Below, in pieces: positions 49,601 to 58,863 of a DNA stretch of 64,000 nt. The DNA is taken from NCBI GenBank assembly GCA_040901675.1, contig JBBDYJ010000032.1, positions 229,067 to 293,066 on the forward strand, written 5' to 3'. Made by a program: the position numbers and the translations under genes. Position 1 is the stretch's first letter; every line of letters begins with the position of its first letter. The notes below the pieces were generated by a model. That model had not been told where the DNA came from. It did not search any database and saw only the letters and a list, made by a program, of their open reading frames with translations. The stretch is from Pirellulales bacterium. GTDB lineage: Bacteria; Planctomycetota; Planctomycetia; Pirellulales; JAICIG01.

Positions 49601-52600
49601 CGTGGTTTCACGGAGGTTGCCGATCATCTCGTTGATGCTGTCCTTGAGCGCCGCCACCTCACCGAGCGCCTCGACCCGGATGCTTTGCGTCAGATCGCCC
49701 TTGGTCACGGCCCGCGCGACTTCGGCGATCGCTCGCACTTGCGTGGTCAGATTCGCGGCGAGTTGATTGACGTTGTCCGTCAGGTCCCGCCATGTTCCCG
49801 TCGCCCCTGGCACTTTCGCCTGGCCGCCCAACTTACCCTCGAAGCCCACTTCGCGCGCCACCGTCGTCACCTGCGCGGCAAATGTGGCAAGCGTGTCGCT
49901 CATTTCGTTGATGGTCTCGGTCAACGCCGCGATCTCGCCCTTCGACTCGACGAGCAGTTTTTGCTTCAGATCGCCGCCTGCCACGGCGGTGACGACCTTG
50001 GCAATGCCCCGCACTTGCGAAGTCAGGTTGGCGGCCATGATGTTGACGTTGTCGGTCAAGTCTTTCCAAATGCCGGCCACCCCTTTCACAATCGCCTGCC
50101 CGCCTAGCTGTCCTTCCGTGCCCACCTCGCGGGCCACACGCGTCACTTCGGAGGCAAAGGAGCTGAGCTGGTCCACCATCGTGTTGATGGTGCTCTTGAG
50201 CTCCTGGATCTCGCCTTTGGCGCCTACGGTGATCTTCTTCGAGAGGTCGCCGTTGGCTACCGCCGTGGTCACTTCGGCGATGTTCCGCACCTGGGTCGTC
50301 AGATTGTCGGCCATCGAGTTGACGCTGTCGGTCAGGTCCTTCCAGATGCCGGCGACTTCTTTCACGACCGCCTGTCCACCCAGCTTACCGTCGGTGCCGA
50401 CCTCGCGGGCGACCCGCGTGACCTCCGAGGCAAAGGAGCTGAGCTGATCCACCATCGTGTTGATCGTCTGTTTCAGCTCCAGGATCTCGCCCCGGACGTC
50501 CACGGTGATCTTCTTCGACAGGTCGCCGTTGGCAACCGCCGTGGTCACTTCGGCGATGTTGCGCACCTGGGCCGTCAGGTTGTCGCCCATCAGGTTGACG
50601 TTATCCGTCAAGTCCTTCCAAATGCCGGCGACGCCCTCGACTTCCGCCTGGCCGCCTAGTTCTCCTTGCGTCCCCACCTCACGGGCGACGCGTGTCACCT
50701 CGGCGGCGAAGGAGCCGAGCTGGTCGACCATCGTGTTGATGGTGTCCTTCAGCTCCAAGATCTCGCCTTTCACATCGACCGTGATCTTCTTGGAGAGATC
50801 GCCCAGCGCGACCGCGGTAGTCACTTCGGCGATATTGCGGACCTGGCCGGTCAGGTTGGCGGCCATCGAGTTGACGCTGTCGGTCAAGTCTTTCCACGTG
50901 CCGGCGACGCCGGGAACAATCGCCTGGCCGCCCAGGTTGCCTTCCGTGCCGACCTCGCGGGCAACCCGCGTGACCTCCGAGGCAAAGGCGCCAAGCTGGT
51001 CCACCATCGTATTGATGGTTTCCTTCAATTCCAGGATCTCGCCCCGGACATGAACGGTAATCTTCTTCGAGAGGTTGCCGTTGGCCACTGCCGTAGTTAC
51101 TTCCGCGATATTGCGGACCTGGCCGGTCAGGTTGGCGGCCATCGAGTTGACGCTGTCGGTCAGGTCTCGCCAGGTTCCGGCCACGCCTTCGACTACGGCC
51201 TGCCCGCCCAGGTTCCCTTCCGTGCCGACCTCGCGGGCAACGCGTGTCACCTCCGAAGCAAAAGAGCTGAGCTGGTCGACCATCGTGTTGATCGTGTCCT
51301 TCAACTCGAGGATCTCTCCCCGGACGTTGACGGTGATCTTTTTCGACAGATCCCCCCTGGCCACTGCCGTAGTCACTTCGGCAATATTGCGGACCTGGCC
51401 GGTCAAGTTGGCGGCCATCATGTTCACGTTGTCGGTGAGATCTTTCCAGGTGCCGGCAACGCCGGGAACAGCGGCCTGGCCTCCCAGTCGGCCTTCCGTG
51501 CCCACCTCGCGGGCGACGCGCGTGACTTCGGCAGCAAAAGAGCCGAGCTGGTCCACCATCGTGTTGATGGTGTTCTTCAGCTCGAGGATCTCCCCCTTCA
51601 CGTCGACCGTGATCTTTTTCGAGAGTTCGCCGCCGGCCACCGCGGTGGTCACTTCGGCGATGTTGCGGACCTGGCCGGTCAGGTTGGCGGCCATCGAGTT
51701 GACGCTGTCGGTCAAGTCCTTCCACGTGCCGGCGACGCCGGGAACACTGGCCTGGCCGCCAAGCTTGCCTTCCGTGCCGACCTCGCGCGCCACGCGCGTG
51801 ACCTCGGCCGCGAAAGAGCTCAACTGGTCCACCATCGTGTTGATGGTGTCCTTCAGCTCGAGGATCTCCCCCTTGACGTCGACCGTGATCTTTTTGGAGA
51901 GGTCGCCGTTGGCCACGGCGGTGGTCACGTCGGCGATGTTACGCACCTGGCCCGTGAGGTTGCCGGCCATGAAATTGACATTGTCGGTCAGATCCTTCCA
52001 GGTTCCAGCGACGCCCGGCACGCTGGCCTGGCCGCCCAATCGCCCTTCGGTGCCGACCTCGCGGGCAACGCGCGTGACCTCCGAGGCAAAGGAGCTGAGC
52101 TGGTCGACCATCGTGTTGATCGTGTCCTTGAGCTCGAGCAGCTCGCCCTTGACGTCGACCGTGATCTTCTTGGACAGGTTGCCATTGGCCACCGCGGTAG
52201 TTACCTCCGCAATGTTGCGGACCTGGCCGGTCAGGTTGGCGGCCATCATGTTGACGTTGTCGGTGAGATGCTTCCAGGTGCCGGCAACGCCCTTGACTTC
52301 TGCCTGGCCGCCCAATCGCCCTTCGGTGCCGACCTCGCGGGCAACGCGCGTGACTTCCGAGGCAAAGGAGCCGAGTTGGTCGACCATCGTGTTGATCGTG
52401 TCCTTGAGCTCCAGGATTTCGCCCTTGGCATCCACGGTGATTCTCTTGGAAAGATCCCCGGCGGCGACGGCCGTTGTCATTGCGGCGATGTTCCGCAGTT
52501 GGCTGGTCAGATTGCCCGTCATGGAGTTGACGTTGTCGGTCAGATCCTTCCAGATGCCGGCCACGCCGGGAACGGTCGCCTGTCCGCCAAGCTTGCCCTC

Positions 52601-53101
52601 GATGCCAACCTCACGGACGACGCGGGTCACTTCGGAAGCAAATGAACCGAGCTGGTCCACCATCGTGTTCACGGTCTTGCCGATGCTCAGGAAGTCCCCG
52701 TCCAGGGACCGTCCTTCGTGTTCGACCGCCATGCGAAGCGACAAGTCGCCCCTGGCAACGGCGCCGACCACGCGGGCGACCTCCGCCGTTGGATAGACCA
52801 GCTCGTCAACGAGCGAGTTGACCGAGTCGACCCACGTTGCCCACGAGCCGGTGTGGCCGCCGCGCGGCAGGCGATGGGCGGTCTTTCCCTCCGTGCCGAG
52901 AGCGTTTTTAAGCGTCTCGACGTCCTTGACCGACTGCTCCAGGAGCGATGCTACCTCATTGAATGCTGTTGCAAGCTCTCCGGCGGCGCCGGTCTGATCG
53001 AGCCCAAGGCGCGTGCTGAAGTCGCCCAGCTTGATCGACCGCAGGGCTGCAAGCAGATGACTGACGTCAATATTTCCGCCGGGCGACGAGATGGTTACCA
53101 T
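46622..53101 (-). CDS. Poly-HAMP hybrid histidine kinase (HAMP array-GAF-HisKA-HATPase-3xREC)
   Basis: Eleven 92-aa repeats containing W(K/R)(D/H)LTD(N/S)[36 protein letters not shown]; three receiver domains; no TM helix. Confidence 0.95.
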   Translation of the reverse strand: MVTISSPGGNIDVSHLLAALRSIKLGDFSTRLGLDQTGAAGELATAFNEVASLLEQSVKDVETLKNALGTEGKTAHRLPRGGHTGSWATWVDSVNSLVDELVYPTAEVARVVGAVARGDLSLRMAVEHEGRSLDGDFLSIGKTVNTMVDQLGSFASEVTRVVREVGIEGKLGGQATVPGVAGIWKDLTDNVNSMTGNLTSQLRNIAAMTTAVAAGDLSKRITVDAKGEILELKDTINTMVDQLGSFASEVTRVAREVGTEGRLGGQAEVKGVAGTWKHLTDNVNMMAANLTGQVRNIAEVTTAVANGNLSKKITVDVKGELLELKDTINTMVDQLSSFASEVTRVAREVGTEGRLGGQASVPGVAGTWKDLTDNVNFMAGNLTGQVRNIADVTTAVANGDLSKKITVDVKGEILELKDTINTMVDQLSSFAAEVTRVAREVGTEGKLGGQASVPGVAGTWKDLTDSVNSMAANLTGQVRNIAEVTTAVAGGELSKKITVDVKGEILELKNTINTMVDQLGSFAAEVTRVAREVGTEGRLGGQAAVPGVAGTWKDLTDNVNMMAANLTGQVRNIAEVTTAVARGDLSKKITVNVRGEILELKDTINTMVDQLSSFASEVTRVAREVGTEGNLGGQAVVEGVAGTWRDLTDSVNSMAANLTGQVRNIAEVTTAVANGNLSKKITVHVRGEILELKETINTMVDQLGAFASEVTRVAREVGTEGNLGGQAIVPGVAGTWKDLTDSVNSMAANLTGQVRNIAEVTTAVALGDLSKKITVDVKGEILELKDTINTMVDQLGSFAAEVTRVAREVGTQGELGGQAEVEGVAGIWKDLTDNVNLMGDNLTAQVRNIAEVTTAVANGDLSKKITVDVRGEILELKQTINTMVDQLSSFASEVTRVAREVGTDGKLGGQAVVKEVAGIWKDLTDSVNSMADNLTTQVRNIAEVTTAVANGDLSKKITVGAKGEIQELKSTINTMVDQLSSFASEVTRVAREVGTEGQLGGQAIVKGVAGIWKDLTDNVNIMAANLTSQVRGIAKVVTAVAGGDLKQKLLVESKGEIAALTETINEMSDTLATFAAQVTTVAREVGFEGKLGGQAKVPGATGTWRDLTDNVNQLAANLTTQVRAIAEVARAVTKGDLTQSIRVEALGEVAALKDSINEMIGNLRETTRKNTEQDWLKTNLARFTRMLQGQKDLLTVARTILSELAPVVSVRHGVFYIMDRAPDAPVLKLLSGYAFKKRKSLANQFHLGEGLIGQAALEKERILLTEVPDDYVRINSGLGEAPPRDIVVLPVMFEDEVMAVVELASFNRFNDIQLTFLDQLAEGIGIVLNTLAASMRTEALLKQSQSLAEELQSQQEELRDTNARLEEQAATLRESEELLKSQREQLQQTNEELEEKAELLSNQKTEVEAKNEEIELARRALQEKAEQLQLTSKYKSEFLANMSHELRTPLNSLLILAELLAGNPDENLTSKQIDFARNIYSSGSDLLALINDILDMSKVESGAVSMEVTEKPFGEICDYLERTFRQVAQDKGLGFMMKLAPNLPPAISTDVQRLQQVLKNLLSNAFKFTAHGQVQLDIQVARFGWSPDHESLNRAGQVIAFAVTDTGIGIPADKLRVIFEPFQQADMSTSREYGGTGLGLSISREIARLLGGEIRVLSTPGKGSTFTLYVPRDSSLVHGAPRQRSASAGATTALGEGQPPAPPREASSGDASQRGRQAQSARDIQSTPGTRLGPWKQPANEPRPNRPEAMASAATDQEEDDDRHIIQPKDRVLLIVEDDRKFAQILLEMARERSFKGVIAPNGEEGLAMAHRLSPDAVILDIQLPDMKGWAVLDRLKHDPRTRHIPVEIMSIADEVNRGLKLGALACIPKPVSKDALAEALGGIHAFLDRQVKKLLVVEDDQSQWEPIRELVGDGDVQMTAVATAAEALAELRAAPFDCMVLDLVLPDMSGLDLLQVIRREPALRELPVVVYTGKDLTKEESAKLNDLARGVIIKDAESPARLLDQTALFLHRVEANLPEFKKRMLAQVHETDHIMAGKKVLIVDDDLRNIYALTAVLERHTMQVVYAENGREALDVLSHTPDVDLVLMDIMMPLMDGYEAMRSIRRIESFRSLPIIALTAKAMKGDRDKCIEAGASDYIAKPVNSERLLALLRVWLYR
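49700..52700 (-). repeat. 276-bp coding tandem repeat (x11) encoding the poly-HAMP array; ends approximate
   Basis: The Trp codon of the WxxLTD motif recurs every 276 nt from about 49790 to about 52550. Confidence 0.9.
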
Positions 53102-53672
53102 CGACCAATCACTCCAGGATCATGGCGCTAAGCGGCGATGTCCCGGCGACTGCCAGACACACGCGTTAGCGCTGAGTTTGCGCTGAAAGCGCGCAGAAAA
53201 CTTGCCGGATCGGCTCTAGACAGTCGGAGGAGATCCGACTTGTCAGGGCGAAGGTCCACTCGCATCGACGCCTGGGACAATCGCGCAGTCGGGACAGGTG
53301 CCTGACACTGACCGGACTCTCTCGAAGCCACCCAATCGCCGTTCAGCGCGAAACCGGCATGCCACGAATTGAGCTAAGATAGCGACTGATAATATAATTG
53401 CTCGACTTCGGCTTCGGCGCTGCCCAAACACGGATAGCTTTGTCTGGAACCGTACTGCTTTCTTTCCTGCGAGTCTTTCGCCGTGCGACCCCGGCCTTAG
53501 GAGCCGCTCCGATATGTTGCGGCAAAATTCCATCCAAGGCAATAAAAATCGCTGAAATCCAAAAAAACAGGCTTGACAGCGGGGCGAGCCCTCCAATTGG
53601 GGCAGGCCCCATGGGCCTCAGGCCACACGCGGCCCCGAACTGTTCACCATTCCGTGCGAATTTCCACCGGCC

Positions 53673-53722
53673 TTAGCCAGATTGTCTATCGAGCATGCGG
53701 CAATTGATGGCCTCGCCCATGT
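53673..53722 (-). repeat. Diverged duplicate of the comM/yifB 3' end (att-like scar)
   Basis: 53682-53722 matches 56703-56743 at 33/41 nt; translates HMGEAINCRMLDRQ versus HISEAINYRMLDRQ. Confidence 0.8.
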
Positions 53723-53755
53723 TAATGCGCCGTGCTGAACGCGGTTCGCCTGGTG

Positions 53756-54715
53756 ATGAACCCTTCCCTGGCGGAACAGAACCGACCCGTGCGACCGATC
53801 GGCGAGGGGCGCGTGGTGTTGGCGGCCGGCAGCGGGTTTCTGGGCCAATCGTTGGCGCGGGAACTGACGGACCGCGGCTACGAGGTGGTCATTCTGACAA
53901 GGTCGGCCAATGGCGTGCCCACAACCGGACGAGCGGTGCTCTGGGACGGCAAAACGGTGGGCGATTGGGTGTCGGCGGTCGACGGAGCGGAAGCGGTTGT
54001 CAATCTGGCGGGCAAGAACGTCAATTGCCGCTACACCAGGAAAAACCTGCGAGAAATCGACGAGTCTCGCGTCGACTCGGTTCGGGCTATCGCCGAGGCC
54101 GTTCGCCGCAGCGCCCGGCCGCCCAGGGTTTGGGTGCAAGCCGGTACGCTGGCCATCTACGGTGATCGTGGCCAGAAACTCTGCGACGAAACGACGCCGC
54201 CGGGCGAAGGGATCCCCGTGCAAACGGCGATGGCCTGGGAGCAGGCTTTCCAGGCGAATCCCACTCCGCAGACGCGGCGCGTGCTCTTGAGAATCAGCTT
54301 TGCCTTGGGAACAGGGGGTGGAGCGTTGGCCACGTTGACGGCGCTTACCCGTCGGTTCCTCGGGGGGAGGATTGCCAGCGGCCGGCAATACATAAGCTGG
54401 ATCCACCTGGCGGATCTGAACCGCATGTTCGTCTGGGCCATCGAGCGGGACGACATCGAAGGAGTGTTCAACGCCACCGCGCCCCACCCGGTCACGAACG
54501 CGACATTCATGGGCGAGCTGCGCCGGGTGCTCGGCAGACCCTGGTCGCCGCCGGTTCCTGGTTGGGCGGTCCGGCTGGGCGCATTTTTCTTGCGGACCGA
54601 GCCGGTGCTGGCATTGACGGGCCGCCGCGGCATACCCACGCGTTTCATCGACAAGGGATTTGAGTTCGAGCATCCGGAGCTGCCGGCGGCGCTAGAGAAC
54701 GTGTTCGCGGATTGA
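53756..54715 (+). CDS. TIGR01777-family NAD-dependent epimerase/oxidoreductase
   Basis: AGSGFLG, VNLAG, SRV, WE, G.QYISWIH..D, FNATAPHPVTN, GFEFEHP. Start uncertain (53732 or 53756). Confidence 0.9.
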   Translation: MNPSLAEQNRPVRPIGEGRVVLAAGSGFLGQSLARELTDRGYEVVILTRSANGVPTTGRAVLWDGKTVGDWVSAVDGAEAVVNLAGKNVNCRYTRKNLREIDESRVDSVRAIAEAVRRSARPPRVWVQAGTLAIYGDRGQKLCDETTPPGEGIPVQTAMAWEQAFQANPTPQTRRVLLRISFALGTGGGALATLTALTRRFLGGRIASGRQYISWIHLADLNRMFVWAIERDDIEGVFNATAPHPVTNATFMGELRRVLGRPWSPPVPGWAVRLGAFFLRTEPVLALTGRRGIPTRFIDKGFEFEHPELPAALENVFAD

Positions 54716-54860
54716 CACGAGCACCCGCGGTTCTGATTTGGTCGATGGCAAACCAAGGGCACGCAGCGAAAGCCAACGAAGCCAATGACTTCAACTCTTC
54801 AACGGCAAGCCGGGTCTTGCTAAAATCCGGCTTGTTGGCGAGCCAGAGAGCCGGTGAACG

Positions 54861-55280
54861 ATGCCACTGAATCGAACACTTCCGATGATAGCCACTGTAC
54901 TCGCGCTGATTATCCTTGCCGGTTGTAGTGAGAGGAATGAACCACTGCCACGGCAAGGCAAGCAAACCGAGATGGAGGAGATCTGGTTCGACCTCCGTGC
55001 GGCAACCTTACGCTACGCAGAGAAGAACAAACGGACGGACGGAATGGAGGTGTTGTTAGACGACCTGACCAATGAAGTCGGAGGGCCTGTCGCACCTGAG
55101 GGCGAGAGCAGTTTTGTTGCCGATGGTTGGTCAGTGGACCTGAAGAAGCGGACCATGAGCAAAGTAGTATTTGGCCCCGGGCACATCTACAGCCTGGCGA
55201 TAACCTTCGATTCCGACGGGGGCGCTGTCCAGGTGCGGGAAGTGGGCATAACAAGAGACACCGTGGAAGCCGACGAATGA
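54861..55280 (+). CDS. Hypothetical lipoprotein
   Basis: Hydrophobic signal with LAG|C lipobox; visibly less GC-rich than core genes. Confidence 0.65.
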   Translation: MPLNRTLPMIATVLALIILAGCSERNEPLPRQGKQTEMEEIWFDLRAATLRYAEKNKRTDGMEVLLDDLTNEVGGPVAPEGESSFVADGWSVDLKKRTMSKVVFGPGHIYSLAITFDSDGGAVQVREVGITRDTVEADE

Positions 55281-55341
55281 CGGCGATCAACGCCTCATCC
55301 GTAGTTCACTCCGATCCGTCATCGTTGGACGCGTGCCCTTT

Positions 55342-55437
55342 AGCCCGCGAAGCGGGCGGCAGTTAATAGCCGGGCGGCGGTTAGCCCCCGGTTGCCGATC
55401 AAGAAACCTGTTTTCAGCCCGCGAAGCGGGCGACAGT
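55342..55437. repeat. Two direct copies of a REP-like hairpin AGCCCGC-GAA-GCGGGCG(G/A)CAGT
   Basis: 55342-55363 and 55416-55437 are 21/22 identical, each with a GCCCGC/GCGGGC stem and GAA loop. Confidence 0.8.
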
Positions 55438-55485
55438 CAATAACGCATGGCGTGAGCCGGCGTGAGGCAGGTCCTCGCCATTCGA

Positions 55486-55857
55486 TCAACTTGGGGACGG
55501 AGGCCGCATCTGGCGCGCACACCCAGTGACCTTCACCCACCATGCGTTGGCGTCCATCCTGTGGGGCTCGAGGAGTTTGGAGAGTCGTTTGCTCGGATTC
55601 GCGAACCTTCCCCATTTAACGTCGACTGAAAAGGAGCGGCTCGAAGCCGCTTTCATCTGGATTGGACGAGCAACAAAGGCGTCCACGCTAGTCCGCAGAT
55701 CGGCATAGGCGATCAGGTCAATCCCGCGGTCGCGCGCCGGTAGCGCAACCTCAAGGCCCGCCCGCAAAAGGTCGTCAATCAGGCGATTGCGGCCAAGCAA
55801 TTCGATGAGCTGCGTGTCGGTGATAGGTAGGACAGGATTGAGTGAGGTGCTTTGCAT
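55486..55857 (-). CDS. PD-(D/E)xK restriction-endonuclease-like protein, short and possibly degenerate
   Basis: E-helix, RDRGIDL, PIQMK (QxK variant) motifs. Confidence 0.6.
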   Translation of the reverse strand: MQSTSLNPVLPITDTQLIELLGRNRLIDDLLRAGLEVALPARDRGIDLIAYADLRTSVDAFVARPIQMKAASSRSFSVDVKWGRFANPSKRLSKLLEPHRMDANAWWVKVTGCARQMRPPSPS

Positions 55858-55899
55858 GAGCGAGTCCCCATTGACAAGGCCATTAGCACGCTGGCGCTT

Positions 55900-56277
55900 C
55901 TAACCAGCCGGCCAGCGCTCGATGTGGGGGTGTTGCAGGAAGAGGATAATTCGACGCTCCACTGCGGCGGTCAGCTCCCGCAGGAACTCATCGGCCGTGT
56001 TGCCGGAAAACCGCATGGCGGCTCTCATGAGGGCCCCATTCCCCTCCTGCACCGCGTCGAGCAGCGCCCCCGGAGAATCCGGCCGCCAGCGCACCTTGGC
56101 AATGGCCAGCACGCTGGCCAGGCAGCTCTCACAGATTCGGCGCAAAGCGGCCTGGTCTCCTGCCCGGTAGCGGGCCAGTTGCTCGGCGAACCAAGGATCG
56201 GCGCAAACGTCGGTAATCTCGGCGATTCGAGACTCGTAGAGCTCGATAGGCGAAGGGTTGCTATTGCTGGCGATCAA
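55900..56277 (-). CDS. Stand-alone sigma-70 region 1.2-2-like protein (no region 3/4)
   Basis: GGGGAG RBS and TTG start; SPIELY...I, GDQAA...E..L..V..IAK, LLDAVQEGNGALMRAAMRF. Confidence 0.72.
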   Translation of the reverse strand: MIASNSNPSPIELYESRIAEITDVCADPWFAEQLARYRAGDQAALRRICESCLASVLAIAKVRWRPDSPGALLDAVQEGNGALMRAAMRFSGNTADEFLRELTAAVERRIILFLQHPHIERWPAG

Positions 56278-56297
56278 CCTGGCTTCTCCCCATCAAC

Positions 56298-56672
56298 TCA
56301 TACCGCGAGCCGAGCACCAAGGCGAATGCTCAGCTTGGAGACGATCAGTTGGTTGAGGCTGATCCCCTCGGCTTCGGCCTCATCCAGGAGTGCCGCGTGC
56401 AGCGACTTGGGAACCCGTACATGGATCTTGCCGCTCACTTCCCGCCCTGCGTCTTCGGGAGGCCCTTCGGGCAGCCCCTGCAGCAGCTTGGCGATCTTCT
56501 TGGCAGCCCTCGTTTCGGCGAAGGCCTCACGCTCGGCCCGCGTCTTGAAAAGGGCCGTGATCCGGCCGTGTGGCCCGTACAACGTGTTGTGGGCGATCGT
56601 CCGATTGGTCCGAGGTTTAACCAGCTCTTGCGCAAACCCAAGCGATTGTTGTGCCCGTTGCGAAATCGTCAT
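56298..56672 (-). CDS. HicB-family-like ribbon-helix-helix protein with atypical N-terminal domain
   Basis: GAGGAG RBS; C-terminal SGKIHVRVPKSLHAALLDEAEAEGISLNQLIVSKL. Confidence 0.85.
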   Translation of the reverse strand: MTISQRAQQSLGFAQELVKPRTNRTIAHNTLYGPHGRITALFKTRAEREAFAETRAAKKIAKLLQGLPEGPPEDAGREVSGKIHVRVPKSLHAALLDEAEAEGISLNQLIVSKLSIRLGARLAV

Positions 56673-56690
56673 CTTGTCTACTCCTCAATG

Positions 56691-58229
56691 TCACGACCAC
56701 ATTTGCCTGTCCAGCATGCGGTAGTTGATGGCTTCGCTGATGTGCGCGGGGCTGATCCCCTCGCTCTGGTCCAAATCGGCGATGGTGCGGGCCACGCGCA
56801 GGATCTTGTCGTGGGCGCGGGCCGAAAGACCCAGCTCGTTCACGCTGGCTTTTAGCAGGCCGATACTTTGTTCGTTCAGCTTGCAGTGCTGGCGCGTCTG
56901 GCGGGTGGTCATCTTGGCGTTCAAACGCGTGCGCGAACCGGAAAAACGGGCGGCCTGGATCCGACGGGCGACCACTACCTGCTCGCGCATCTGGCCGCTG
57001 GTGGTGCCCGAAGTGCCGCTGGACAGCTCGCGGAAGGCCACGGCCGGCACCTCCAGGTGGATGTCGATCCGGTCCAACAAGGGGCCGCTGATCTTGGCCA
57101 TGTAACGCTCGACCTGGGGCACCGTGCAGTGGCACTCGCGCCGCGGGTCGTTGCGGTAGCCGCAGGGGCAGGGGTTCAAGGCCGCGATCAGGATAAAATT
57201 GGCCGGAAACGTGGTGCTGGCCAGCGCCCGGCTGATCGTGACCGTGCCGTCCTCGAGCGGCTGGCGGAGCACCTCCAGCGTGCGGCGGTTGAACTCCGGC
57301 AGCTCGTCGAGGAACAAGACGCCGTTGTGCGAAAGGCTGATCTCGCCCGGCGTCGGCGTCGATCCGCCGCCGACCAGGCCCGCGTCGCTGATCGTGTGGT
57401 GCGGGTTGCGGTAAGGCCGCACGGCCAACAGCGGCTGTCCGGCCGGCAACAGCCCCATCGCGCTGTAAATGCGGGTGGTCTCGATCGATTCCTGCGCAGT
57501 GAGGTCGGGCAGGATCGTCGGCAGCCGCTTGGCCAGCATGGTCTTGCCGGAGCCAGGCGGGCCTAGCATCAGCAAATTATGGCCGCCGCTGGCGGCGATG
57601 GTGATGGCCCGCTTGGCCATCTCCTGGCCGCGGACGTCGGCGAAGTCGACGTCGTAATGGGCCAGGGCGTGAAACCATTCGTCGAGCCGGGGCGGCGTGG
57701 GCTCGATCTCGATGTCGCCGGTCAAAAAGCCGACGGCCTGGGCCACGCTGGAGACTGCGATCACGTCGAGGTCCTCGACCACGGCGGCCTCGCTGGCGCT
57801 TTCGGTGGGAACCAGCAGGCCGACGAGCCCCTCCTGCTTGGCGGCCGCGATGGCCATGGACAGGGCGCCCTTGGTGGGCCGCGTGCTGCCGTCCAGCGCC
57901 AGCTCGCCCACCACGGCGTAGCGATCGAAGCGGTCGCTGATCAACTGCCCGCTGCCGGCCAGGATGCCCAGCGTGATCGGCAGATCGAAAGAGGCGGCCT
58001 GCTTGGGCAGGTCGGCCGGGGCGAGGTTGATGACGATGCGGTTTTGCGGCCGCTGGAAGCCGGAGTTGACGAGTGCCCGCTCGACGCGATAGGTGCTTTC
58101 CTTGACGGCGGCCTCGGGCAGTCCGACCAGGACGGTCTTGGGCAGCGCGCTGTCGGCAACGTCGACTTCGACCTCGACCGGCAGCGCCTCGATGCCTAAC
58201 AGCGAGAAGGTCCGCAGTTTGGCCAGCAT
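56691..58229 (-). CDS. comM: YifB/ComM family Mg-chelatase-like AAA+ ATPase
   Basis: VGLP..AVKES, INLAPADL, GELALDG, GPPGSGKT, LFLDELPEF, NPCPCG, SGPLLDRID, VARTIADL; intact. Confidence 0.95.
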   Translation of the reverse strand: MLAKLRTFSLLGIEALPVEVEVDVADSALPKTVLVGLPEAAVKESTYRVERALVNSGFQRPQNRIVINLAPADLPKQAASFDLPITLGILAGSGQLISDRFDRYAVVGELALDGSTRPTKGALSMAIAAAKQEGLVGLLVPTESASEAAVVEDLDVIAVSSVAQAVGFLTGDIEIEPTPPRLDEWFHALAHYDVDFADVRGQEMAKRAITIAASGGHNLLMLGPPGSGKTMLAKRLPTILPDLTAQESIETTRIYSAMGLLPAGQPLLAVRPYRNPHHTISDAGLVGGGSTPTPGEISLSHNGVLFLDELPEFNRRTLEVLRQPLEDGTVTISRALASTTFPANFILIAALNPCPCGYRNDPRRECHCTVPQVERYMAKISGPLLDRIDIHLEVPAVAFRELSSGTSGTTSGQMREQVVVARRIQAARFSGSRTRLNAKMTTRQTRQHCKLNEQSIGLLKASVNELGLSARAHDKILRVARTIADLDQSEGISPAHISEAINYRMLDRQMWS

Positions 58230-58371
58230 CGCGTTGGCGTCCGGTTGTGACCGCCCGGCGAGTCAGGCGAAATGCCTGGAATCGCCCTCCCGGCGGCCAG
58301 CCTATTGTGCAGCCTGGTTGGGCGGGTTGCAAGCAAGTCGATGAAGTCCGGGGCGCACTTGCCGCGATAGT

Positions 58372-58737
58372 TCAGAAAGAGATCGATACTGAAAAGGGCA
58401 CGCTGAAGTCTTCTGGCAGAGAATCTGCCTCGTGAATGATCTGGGTCACCGTCATGCCGTGATACGGCTTGAGCAAGCGCGCGTGGAAATCGTCGCCTGC
58501 ACCGGTTGCCGTTCCATGCCGGACATGGTCGCGATTCTGAAAATGCCAACTGAGGAGCTTGTGGATGGCCCGAGTAAAATCCGTGGCCTGCTCCAGCGAC
58601 AGCGTCTCGCCCATCGCCGCGATCGAGCTGTGGAAGCTCGCATCGTCCGTCGTGTCGAGCGTTGGGGAACTGCAGCCACTGAGTGCAAGCGAGCAACCAA
58701 ACACAGCCGTCAGAATGACATGATGCAGGGTTCGCAT
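58372..58737 (-). CDS. Hypothetical lipoprotein (DUF6694-like)
   Basis: LSG|C lipobox; PTLDTTDD.SF..SI..M...L; HGMTVTQII. Family label from memory only. Confidence 0.6.
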   Translation of the reverse strand: MRTLHHVILTAVFGCSLALSGCSSPTLDTTDDASFHSSIAAMGETLSLEQATDFTRAIHKLLSWHFQNRDHVRHGTATGAGDDFHARLLKPYHGMTVTQIIHEADSLPEDFSVPFSVSISF

Positions 58738-58863
58738 TTTCGTCCGTCCGGTCGTCGGCGCCTTGTGCGCGTAGGGCGACATGCCCGAAACCGCAGGTTT
58801 GCCGGCCAGCATATTGTGCAGCCTGGCGAGGGCGGCCGCAAGCCAGGAGATGACTTTACAGTG

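Noticed and set aside
49767..52796. Repetitive plus-strand ORFs ([10 protein letters not shown]...) and a possible CRISPR-like periodicity
   Set aside because: Mirror of the 276-bp coding HAMP repeats; no unique spacers and no cas genes.
53128..53660. Short ORFs upstream of the HAMP kinase, or an integrase remnant
   Set aside because: No recognisable motifs; probably regulatory or decayed DNA. No integrase or transposase signature was found in the window.
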